Assembly: GCA_031283745.1 (NCBI GenBank)
Contig: JAITBH010000044.1
Span: 1 to 42,170 of the forward strand
DNA from: Candidatus Ectomicrobium neotermitis
Lineage (GTDB): Bacteria > Elusimicrobiota > Endomicrobiia > Endomicrobiales > Endomicrobiaceae
Direction of reading: 5' to 3'
Length of the DNA stretch: 42,170 nucleotides
Shown: one piece after another, positions 18,193-27,657 of the stretch
Layout: every line of letters begins with the position of its first letter
How positions within the stretch are numbered: the first letter of the stretch is position 1
The notes under the pieces: model-generated
Databases searched by the model: none
What the model saw: only the letters and a program-made list of their open reading frames with translations
What the model was told of the DNA's origin: nothing
Made by a program: the position numbers and the translations under genes

Positions 18193-19851
18193 TTAAGGCA
18201 GAGGTTTGGTTACCACAAAATCAGCTTCTAAACCTTCCACTTTTGAGACAACAGTGTCTCCGATTTTGACAGGAGCTTTTAGTTCTAAATTGTCGAGTGT
18301 TTTCATGACTGCAAAAATGGAGGACTTGGGAATATCCTTATTGGTTTTGACAGACACTCTCGAAATTGGAGCACCCTTTATGATGGCTGTGGAGGTGAGA
18401 ACACGGGTCGGCGAAATCAGCTCTTTTTTGCCGTAAGCCTCTCCACGCGGGCAGGTGTTGCCTGTAACCTTGTAGCCGTTTTTGGTGTCAATTTTAATTC
18501 GGCAGCCGCTAGGACAAACTATACATATTAGATCTACCGTTCCGTCAGCATTTTCCACTCTCGTTTTGGTGGCGCTGTCATCAGCTAAGATCATATTTCC
18601 ATTGATTGAAACCGTAATCTCCCCAGCAGATTTTTCTAAGGCAGCTTTTGGGATATTGATTTTTTCCATCTCACCGGGAGCCAAATTCCGTCTCTTAAAA
18701 CTTGCTATCACATTTTCCCCGCTTTTAACCTCTACAAGGGACTCCTTATAAATAGCCCGAGTTCTAAAAAACACATCTACACCTTTATCTATATTGTCGA
18801 GCCGAACTTTTTGGGGGACTGTATATCCCACGCCGCTGCCGTTTTTTATCTCTATGGTTTTTTGAGAGCTGACATCGCCTTTTTGGGCATACTCCGCAGC
18901 TGCTTTCCCCGCTTTCATGCTTTCGGTTGTAACAAAATCGACCAAATCGTGAACATGGCAAACATTTCCGCAAGCAAAAACGCCTGCCATTGAGGTTTCC
19001 ATATTTTCATAAACCACAGCACCGTTTGTCCGCTTATCGATCTCAATGCCTGCCTGCCTTGTCAACTCGTTTTCAGGTATCAAGCCGACTGAAAGCAAAA
19101 TCGTGTCGCAGTCAATTGTTTGCTGTGTGCCGTCTATCGGCCTCATTTGTTCGTCAACTTTTTGAACTGTAACTTGCTCCACCCTATTTTTCCCTTTTAT
19201 GTTGGTGATTGTGTGGGAAAGATAAAGGGGAATATCGTAATCGTTTAGGCACTGGACGATATTCCTTTTTAGCCCGCCTGAATAAGGCATAACTTCATAA
19301 ACTCCAAGCACTTTTGCCCCCTCAAGAGTGAGTCTGCGAGCCATGATTAAGCCAATATCCCCGGAACCCAAAATTACAATACGTTTTCCGACATTAAGCC
19401 CTTCGATATTCATATATAGTTGAGCAGCGCCGGCAGTAAAAATGCCCGATGCTCTTGCACCCGGTATGCCGATAGCACCCCTTGCCCTTTCACGGCAGCC
19501 CATCGCTAAGACTATGGCTTTAGCTTTTATCTCTAAATACCCATATTTCGGGTTTATGGCATAGACTGTTTTGTCGCGGGATATGTTTAAGACCATCGTC
19601 TCGCTTATCGTTTCGATGGGGTTTTTGGCTACCTCTGTGATAAATCTTGAAGCGTATTCAGGGCCTGTTAGCTCTTCATTGAAATAGTGGAGTCCAAAAC
19701 CATTGTGAATACATTGATTCAAAATTCCGCCTAAAGAGTTGTTGCGTTCAATGAGCAAAATATCTTTTGCACCGTTTTGAGATGCAGACAATGCAGCCGC
19801 TAAACCAGCGGGTCCCCCTCCAATTATTATGACCTCATAAACCTTTTTCAT
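18193..19851 (-). CDS. NAD(P)/FAD-dependent oxidoreductase (GlpB-like) fused to a C-terminal DUF1667-type Cys-rich domain
   Basis: IIIGGGPAGLAAAL and ILGSGDIGL dinucleotide folds in the first ~420 aa. The tail DLICIVCPSGCRIKID..GNTCPRGEAYG resembles DUF1667. Confidence 0.8.
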   Translation of the reverse strand: MKKVYEVIIIGGGPAGLAAALSASQNGAKDILLIERNNSLGGILNQCIHNGFGLHYFNEELTGPEYASRFITEVAKNPIETISETMVLNISRDKTVYAINPKYGYLEIKAKAIVLAMGCRERARGAIGIPGARASGIFTAGAAQLYMNIEGLNVGKRIVILGSGDIGLIMARRLTLEGAKVLGVYEVMPYSGGLKRNIVQCLNDYDIPLYLSHTITNIKGKNRVEQVTVQKVDEQMRPIDGTQQTIDCDTILLSVGLIPENELTRQAGIEIDKRTNGAVVYENMETSMAGVFACGNVCHVHDLVDFVTTESMKAGKAAAEYAQKGDVSSQKTIEIKNGSGVGYTVPQKVRLDNIDKGVDVFFRTRAIYKESLVEVKSGENVIASFKRRNLAPGEMEKINIPKAALEKSAGEITVSINGNMILADDSATKTRVENADGTVDLICIVCPSGCRIKIDTKNGYKVTGNTCPRGEAYGKKELISPTRVLTSTAIIKGAPISRVSVKTNKDIPKSSIFAVMKTLDNLELKAPVKIGDTVVSKVEGLEADFVVTKPLP

Positions 19852-21287
19852 ATTTTCCCCCTCTTTGTCTCGCCGAGAACAATATAAGTTCCACCTTTAT
19901 CTAACGTAATATCTTTCTGATTTTTCTTGAGCTTTTGAGCGATTAAACTGTGAACTCGGGGGCCGCAAAAACCACCTTGACAGCGTCCCATCCCTGCAAC
20001 TGTGCGTCTTTTTACTCCGTCAAGAGACACAGGAGGCACGGGTCTGTTTAAAGCGTCCAAAATTTCCCCTTCTGTTACAGTCTGGCAACGGCAAACGATA
20101 GCGCCATAGGCAGGATTTTCTTTTATGGCTTGGGCTTTTTGGGCCTCAGTCATATGCTTAAACCTTTTTATCCGCCGTTTTGAGACAAAATTCGGGTTTG
20201 GCTTAAACTCTAAGCCCGCTTGATTGAGTTCTGCCGCAATATCTTTAGCTATTGCGGGGGCAGATGTTAGCCCGGGAGACTTGATGCCTGCCATATTGAA
20301 AAACCCTTTGACTGTTTTTGACTGGCCAACGATAAAATCCTCCATCTGGGCATCAGCCCTTATGCCGGAAAAGTTTCTAATCGAAGCTCTTATGTTGACA
20401 TTTGGAACCAATCTCAAAGCACCCTTCCGAACATTTTCTAAGCCCTCTGATGTGCAGCCTAAATCATCTTTGTCATCTACAACCTTGCTGTCCGGCCCGA
20501 CTATGACATTGTCATGAATTGTCGGAGAGACCAAAATCCCTTTACCGAGATCGGAAGGGCAAGGGAAAATTACCATATTGACTATGCCGTTTTCAGTGGT
20601 GTCAAGTAAATAATACTCCCCGCTTTTTGGGACTATGGAGAAAAATTCCGGCTCAAGCATACGGCTGACCGTGCCTGAATTAACTCCTGCCGCATTTACC
20701 ACAAAACGAGCCTTGAAATCGCCCGCGGTGGTCCGAACATTAAAGCCTCCATCGATTTTTTCGATGGATAAAACCTCAGCATTTAGCTGAATTTTTGTTC
20801 CGCCCATAACAGCACATTCGGCTTGAGCGATAGCCAGCTCCCAAGGGGCAATTATTCCCGCACTTGGCGCATAAAGAGCACAAAGCGCCTCTTTAGTTAA
20901 ATTGGGTTCCATCGCCAATAGTTCGTCTTTTTCTATTATTCGTAAACCTTTGACCCCGTTTTGTATCCCCTGATCCAAAAGTTTTTCGATTGTTTTCCTG
21001 TCAGTTTCATCAAAACCTACCACCAAAGATCCAATCTTCTTATAAGGTATATCCAAGTCTGCCGATAATTGCTCAATAATGGCATTGCCTTCGACATTAT
21101 ATGAAGCCATTTTTGTTTGAGGTTTTGGGTCATAGCCTGCGTGAACTATTGCACTATTGGCTTTTGTCGTCCCTTCAGAAACATCGTTTTCTTTTTCTAA
21201 TAAAAGCGTTTTTACCTGATACCGACTTAACTCATATGCTAAAGAACAGCCGCAAACTCCAGCCCCGATAATTATTACATCGTCCAT
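19848..21287 (-). CDS. FAD-dependent glycerol-3-phosphate dehydrogenase (GlpA-like) with a BFD-like [2Fe-2S] C-terminal domain
   Basis: IIIGAGVCGCSLAYEL FAD fold. C-terminal CRCQTVTEGEI ... GMGRCQGGFC. ATGA overlap with the downstream gene. Confidence 0.85.
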   Translation of the reverse strand: MDDVIIIGAGVCGCSLAYELSRYQVKTLLLEKENDVSEGTTKANSAIVHAGYDPKPQTKMASYNVEGNAIIEQLSADLDIPYKKIGSLVVGFDETDRKTIEKLLDQGIQNGVKGLRIIEKDELLAMEPNLTKEALCALYAPSAGIIAPWELAIAQAECAVMGGTKIQLNAEVLSIEKIDGGFNVRTTAGDFKARFVVNAAGVNSGTVSRMLEPEFFSIVPKSGEYYLLDTTENGIVNMVIFPCPSDLGKGILVSPTIHDNVIVGPDSKVVDDKDDLGCTSEGLENVRKGALRLVPNVNIRASIRNFSGIRADAQMEDFIVGQSKTVKGFFNMAGIKSPGLTSAPAIAKDIAAELNQAGLEFKPNPNFVSKRRIKRFKHMTEAQKAQAIKENPAYGAIVCRCQTVTEGEILDALNRPVPPVSLDGVKRRTVAGMGRCQGGFCGPRVHSLIAQKLKKNQKDITLDKGGTYIVLGETKRGKI

Positions 21288-21316
21288 TTTTTCCTCCTAA
21301 TGATAGATATGTGAGT

Positions 21317-21353
21317 AAAAAAAAAGGAGTCCCCCAAAATGAGGGACTCCTTT
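21317..21353 (-). terminator. Intrinsic terminator after glpF
   Basis: On the minus strand: aaggagtccc-loop-gggactcctt followed by U9. Confidence 0.75.
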
Positions 21354-21367
21354 GATTAACAAAAAAA

Positions 21368-22111
21368 CTAACCGGCTACGGCATGCCAAACAAGAGATGC
21401 CGTAACTCCGCCTAAAATTGGAGCAACGACAGGTATCCAAGCATAACCCCAATCCGAGCTGCCTTTGCCCTTCATCGGCAAAATTGCATGCATAATGCGG
21501 GGACCAAGATCACGAGCAGGATTGATAGCATAACCTGTTGTTCCACCTAAAGATAGACCGATTACCAAGATTATTCCGCCGACACCGAAAGCTTTCAAAG
21601 CGTTTGCAGATACGCTCGCTCCAGCTATGTCAACTGCCGTAATATCCTGGAAGGTGCTACCGATGCCGAGTATGGTAAAGAGCAACATAAAAGTTCCCAA
21701 AAACTCGCTGACGAAGTTTCTGCCTGTGCTACGAATGGCTGGGCCAGTCGCAAAAACGCCAAGCTGTGTCGGTGCATCTGATAAATCGAAGTGATTTTTA
21801 TATTGAAGCCATACAAGGAAGGCACCCAAAAAGGCGCCAAGAAATTGCATGAGAATATAAACTGGAACCTGACTCCAAGCTGTTATACCAATTGATGCAA
21901 GGCCAAGCGTTACAGCGGGGTTAAAATGTGCACCGCTATATGTGCCAAACATTAACACTGGTATCGCAACTGCAAAAGCCCATCCAAAAGTTATGACTAT
22001 CCATCCGCCATTAAAACCCTTCGTCCCTTTCAAGATAGCATTGGCAACTACACCATCTCCTAAATACACAAGAACTGCTGTTCCAAGAAATTCTGCTAAA
22101 GCGTAACTCAT
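21368..22111 (-). CDS. glpF: Glycerol uptake facilitator (aquaglyceroporin)
   Basis: 247 aa MIP-family protein with two NPA motifs (HFNPAVT, INPARD). Confidence 0.92.
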   Translation of the reverse strand: MSYALAEFLGTAVLVYLGDGVVANAILKGTKGFNGGWIVITFGWAFAVAIPVLMFGTYSGAHFNPAVTLGLASIGITAWSQVPVYILMQFLGAFLGAFLVWLQYKNHFDLSDAPTQLGVFATGPAIRSTGRNFVSEFLGTFMLLFTILGIGSTFQDITAVDIAGASVSANALKAFGVGGIILVIGLSLGGTTGYAINPARDLGPRIMHAILPMKGKGSSDWGYAWIPVVAPILGGVTASLVWHAVAG

Positions 22112-22127
22112 TGCTTCCTCCTAATTT

Positions 22128-22152
22128 GCCCTCTTCGATGAGGGTTTTTTTT
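22128..22152 (+). terminator. Plus-oriented terminator-like hairpin between glpK and glpF
   Basis: ccctc ttcgat gaggg followed by T8 on the plus strand. There is no U-tract in the minus (coding) direction. Confidence 0.4.
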
Positions 22153-22195
22153 ATTTTTCGTCTATTACCCGCTAAAATTTCAAGCGAGTTTTAGA

Positions 22196-24146
<1,951 letters not shown>

Positions 24147-24161
24147 CCAACCCTCCTATAC

Positions 24162-24788
24162 CTATATTAGTGTGTCTGCCGCCACAGCAGCCATCATCGC
24201 CGAACTCGTTGCGCCCGGATCCTGATGACCGATGCTGCGCTCGCCAAGATAACTCGCTCTTCCTTTCTTAGCTATCAGCGGAATTGTTGCCTCTGCACCG
24301 TTTTTGGCTGCAACTGCACACTCTCTTAACGCCTCTGCAAAAGTTTTTCTGTCATTTTGAGCAGTTTTTAGAGCCTCAAGTGCTGGAATCCAAGCGTCAA
24401 TCATCGTCTTATCGCCTTTCTGTGCTTTACCTATCAGCATAATTCCGTCTATGCCCTTGCTTATTCCATCTATCCACTCGTCAAGACCAAATTCGGTCTT
24501 TTTGCCGACAGCCAAACTCATCTTTCTAAACATCGTGCCGTAAAGCGGACCGGAAGCACCCCCGACTGTTTTGATTAAAGAGGCAGAAATTGACTTGAAA
24601 GCATCCTCACAATTGCTTGGCGGGTTAGCTTTCCAGTTTGCAACTACAGCGTCAAATCCCCGAGCCATATTCACGCCGTGATCTCCGTCGCCTATCGCCG
24701 AGTCGAGTTCGGATAAATAGAGCTTTTTTTCACTGTAGACAGCCTGCAAACTTGAGATGAACTTAAATAGGTTCTCTAAGGTTACCAT
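24162..24788 (-). CDS. dhaL: Dihydroxyacetone kinase ADP-binding subunit DhaL
   Basis: LDSAIGDGDHGVNM motif. Start at 24788 overlaps the dhaK stop (TAATG). Confidence 0.9.
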   Translation of the reverse strand: MVTLENLFKFISSLQAVYSEKKLYLSELDSAIGDGDHGVNMARGFDAVVANWKANPPSNCEDAFKSISASLIKTVGGASGPLYGTMFRKMSLAVGKKTEFGLDEWIDGISKGIDGIMLIGKAQKGDKTMIDAWIPALEALKTAQNDRKTFAEALRECAVAAKNGAEATIPLIAKKGRASYLGERSIGHQDPGATSSAMMAAVAADTLI

Positions 24789-25789
24789 TATATCCCCCAA
24801 CGTAATCCCGCAGTATGAACTGGGGCATCCCACAGTTTCAAAATTTCGCTATTAGCTTTCATGATCGTTATGCTAAAGCCCTGCATTTCTAATGAGGTGA
24901 TATAGTTGCCGACCAAACAACGGACTGTTTTGATGCCTAGCTTTTTTGCCGTATCGACTGCGTGATTGAAGAGAATATACAGCTCAAGCAACGGGGTTCC
25001 ACCCATACCGTTTAACATCAAAATTATCTCGTCGCCGTTTTCGAGGGAAATGTCCGACAAAACGGGTTCAAGCATTATCTCCACAAGCTCATTTGCGGGC
25101 TTTATCTTCATTCTCTCCCTGCCCGGCTCGCCGTGTATTCCTACTCCCATCTCAATTTCATCATCGCCTATCTCAAAAATTGGTTTGCCTACTGACGGAA
25201 GGATACAGGAGGTCAAAGCCATGCCCATGCTGCGTCCATTGTCTTTGCAATATTGAGCAAGTTTGACTACATCATCAAGCTTATCGCCCCTTTCTGCGGC
25301 GGCACCGATGATTTTTTCAGTCAAAACAGTTGCACCCACACCCCTGCGGCCGGCAGTATAAAGACTATCTTTGACAGAAACATCGTCATCGATGACTATG
25401 GGCTTTACCTCTATGCCCTCGTCAGCACAAATATCGGCAGCCATCTGGAAATTCATAATGTCGCCTGTATAGTTTTTGACAAGATGGATTACGCCAGCAC
25501 CGCCGTTTACAGCTTTTGTCGCCGCTTCCATTTGATCGGGCGTTGGTGAAGTAAAAACTGCACCGGGACAAGCTGCATCAAGCATTCCAAGCCCTACATA
25601 ACCGCCGTGCATAGGTTCATGACCGCTACCCCCTCCTGAAATGATGGCGACTTTCCCCTTGTTTTTTAAGGTTTTTCTGGCGATGAAATCTGGGTCATAG
25701 TTGACCTTGAGTATATCGCCATGTGCTTTTTCCATGCCTTGTAAAGCTTCGAGAACTGCATTGTTTGGATCGTTAATAAGTTTTTTCAT
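24788..25789 (-). CDS. dhaK: Dihydroxyacetone kinase DHA-binding subunit DhaK
   Basis: KKLINDP..., ISGGGSGHEP, GVGIHGEPG. Confidence 0.92.
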   Translation of the reverse strand: MKKLINDPNNAVLEALQGMEKAHGDILKVNYDPDFIARKTLKNKGKVAIISGGGSGHEPMHGGYVGLGMLDAACPGAVFTSPTPDQMEAATKAVNGGAGVIHLVKNYTGDIMNFQMAADICADEGIEVKPIVIDDDVSVKDSLYTAGRRGVGATVLTEKIIGAAAERGDKLDDVVKLAQYCKDNGRSMGMALTSCILPSVGKPIFEIGDDEIEMGVGIHGEPGRERMKIKPANELVEIMLEPVLSDISLENGDEIILMLNGMGGTPLLELYILFNHAVDTAKKLGIKTVRCLVGNYITSLEMQGFSITIMKANSEILKLWDAPVHTAGLRWGI

Positions 25790-25822
25790 GATTTGTCTCC
25801 TTTTTTACCGCTGAGGGTAAAT

Positions 25823-25860
25823 AAAAAAAAATCGGATATTCTTTAGTGAATATCCGATTT
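25823..25860 (-). terminator. Intrinsic terminator directly upstream of the dhaK RBS
   Basis: 13-bp perfect stem aaatcggatattc / gaatatccgattt with a 6-nt loop, followed on the minus strand by U8. Confidence 0.8.
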
Positions 25861-25864
25861 ATGT

Positions 25865-25963
25865 TTACGACTTTGATGTTTTGACCGTCTTTAGTCCGCC
25901 AGATTTCTTTTTGCGTCTATCTAAGACATTGAATTTAAGACAAAGGCACCAACTTCTTCTCAT
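25865..25963 (-). CDS. Candidate 32-aa basic small protein or leader peptide (MRRSWCLCLKFNVLDRRKKKSGGLKTVKTSKS)
   Basis: ATG preceded by AGGAG at a 7-nt spacing. The TAA stop lies 4 nt before the terminator stem. Consensus-like promoters are upstream. It is below the ORF-track size cut-off and I recognise no family. Confidence 0.4.
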   Translation of the reverse strand: MRRSWCLCLKFNVLDRRKKKSGGLKTVKTSKS

Positions 25964-25983
25964 GACACAACTCCTAAGGCTTT

Positions 25984-26032
25984 ATTATCGACTGCGTCGG
26001 CGATTATAGTCAAATCCACCAAATAAAGTCAA
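25984..26032 (-). promoter_or_regulatory. Tandem sigma70-like promoters: TTGACT-18-TATAAT and TTGACT-18-GATAAT
   Basis: On the minus strand: TTGACT (26032-26027), TATAAT (26008-26003), a second TTGACT (26013-26008), and GATAAT (25989-25984). Confidence 0.6.
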
Positions 26033-26089
26033 CAACAGAAAAAACGGGCTTTTTGAAGGTTAGATGGGCAGGTTTTAAGGCAATTTGGA

Positions 26090-27559
26090 CTATTTTTTAG
26101 CAAACCAACCAAGTTCGCCAGGGGCTAAGTTGATATTTATCTGCTTAACCTCAGTGTATTCCTCAAGCCCAAAAGTGCCAAGTTCCCTACCGATGCCGCT
26201 TTGCTTATACCCGCCCCAAGGCGCTTGTGCAAAGGTTGGATGATAAGAATTTATCCATGTGATGCCCGCTCTAAAAGCCCTCACAACCCTCATCGCTCTT
26301 GAAATGTCATTTGTAAACACGCCCGCCGCAAGACCGTAATCCGTATTGTTAGCAAGTTCTACCGCCTCAGCCTCTGAGCTAAACTTTTCAACAGCTAACA
26401 CTGGACCAAAAACCTCCTCTTTGACTATACGCATGCTCGGCAGGCAGTCTGCAAAAATCGTCGGTGCGACATAATAGCCTTTAGAAAATTTTCCGCCCTC
26501 AAGACGTTTGCCCCCGCACAAAAGACGAGCTTCCTTTTTGCCTATCTCGATGTATTCCAAAACTTTTTCCATATGCTGTTTGCTTACAAGAGGGCCCATT
26601 TCTGCACCTTTAGTTAAGCCGTTTGCGACTTTAATCTGATTTGCACGTTCCACTAATCTCTTTAAGAACTTCTGATAAATTGTGTCTTGCAATATCAATC
26701 TGCTCCCCGCCGAACATACCTCCCCTTGATTGCAAAAAATCGCAAACAAAGCCCAGTCGACTCCTATTTCTAAATCAACATCGTCAAAAATCACGCAAGG
26801 CGACTTTCCGCCAAGCTCCAAAGAAACATTTTTTATCCGCTCGCTTGCCGCCCGCATAATCTGCCTGCCCGTATCCGTCCCGCCGGTGAGAGAAACCTTG
26901 TCGATGTCAGGATTTTCCGCAATTTCTTGACCCACCTCAGCACCCGAACCAAGCACTAAATTGACCACACCCTTTGGGAAAAGCCCTTCAATTAGCTCAA
27001 AAAGCCGAATAACGCTTAGAGGAGTCACGCTTGCAGGCTTAAAAACGACTGTATTTCCTGCACCCAGACAGGGCGCGAGCTTCCAAGCAGCCATCATAAG
27101 AGGATAATTCCAAGGGACAATCTGCCCGCAAACGCCTATCGGCTCTCTGACGACCATGGCGAAATTGTTTTCATCAGGCACTCCATAAATTTGCCCGGAT
27201 GGTTTATCAAGCAAACCTGCATAATAACGAAAGCACGTAATAGTGTCGGCAACATCTCCGCCGCTGTCCCGCAGGGGCTTGCCATTGTTTGAGGTTTCAA
27301 GGATGGACAGCTCCTCAGAGTGCTGCTCAATAATATCGGCAACTTTGTGGAGGATGGCTGCTCTTTGGGCGACGGAGGTTTTTGACCACTTAACAAAAGC
27401 TCTCTTGGCTGCTTTTGCTGCTGCCCGGACATGCTCTTTTGTTCCATCGCAAACCTGACCGATGACCGTTCCATCTGCGGGGTTTATAATGTCCCGCTTT
27501 TTATCCGTAGATACCCACTTTCCATCAATAAACATACTGCCTGTTTTTTCAATTTTCAT
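26090..27559 (-). CDS. NAD(P)-dependent aldehyde dehydrogenase
   Basis: ELGGKSP and FCNQGEVCSAGSR (catalytic Cys), 489 aa. I prefer the ATG at 27559 (GGAG 7 nt upstream) over the TTG at 27565 used by the track. Confidence 0.9.
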   Translation of the reverse strand: MKIEKTGSMFIDGKWVSTDKKRDIINPADGTVIGQVCDGTKEHVRAAAKAAKRAFVKWSKTSVAQRAAILHKVADIIEQHSEELSILETSNNGKPLRDSGGDVADTITCFRYYAGLLDKPSGQIYGVPDENNFAMVVREPIGVCGQIVPWNYPLMMAAWKLAPCLGAGNTVVFKPASVTPLSVIRLFELIEGLFPKGVVNLVLGSGAEVGQEIAENPDIDKVSLTGGTDTGRQIMRAASERIKNVSLELGGKSPCVIFDDVDLEIGVDWALFAIFCNQGEVCSAGSRLILQDTIYQKFLKRLVERANQIKVANGLTKGAEMGPLVSKQHMEKVLEYIEIGKKEARLLCGGKRLEGGKFSKGYYVAPTIFADCLPSMRIVKEEVFGPVLAVEKFSSEAEAVELANNTDYGLAAGVFTNDISRAMRVVRAFRAGITWINSYHPTFAQAPWGGYKQSGIGRELGTFGLEEYTEVKQININLAPGELGWFAKK

Positions 27560-27580
27560 TGTCAATCTCCTTTTTGCCCA

Positions 27581-27630
27581 TAAAAAAACGGCAAATCGCT
27601 AAAGTTTAATAAGCGTCGTTGCCGTTTTTT
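27581..27630 (-). terminator. Stem-loop after the class A PBP gene, abutting the aldehyde dehydrogenase RBS
   Basis: aaaaaacggcaa / ttgccgtttttt arms with a 24-nt loop. There is a U-run on the minus side. Confidence 0.5.
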
Positions 27631-27657
27631 ATGGTTATTTGTTGTTTTGTGTAACTA

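Noticed and set aside
25865-25996. Whether the short promoter-to-terminator unit upstream of dhaK is a known small RNA (SRP/4.5S RNA or 6S RNA) rather than a peptide gene.
   Set aside because: There is no SRP domain-IV-like GGAA tetraloop or AGCAGC motif. There is also no long end-to-end pairing with a central bubble as in 6S RNA. The good RBS-ATG spacing favours a translated ORF, but an unclassified sRNA is not excluded.
26041-26062. AAAAAGCCCGTTTTTT just downstream of the aldehyde dehydrogenase stop, as a possible terminator.
   Set aside because: The stem would be almost entirely A-U pairs around a 5-nt loop, too weak to call.
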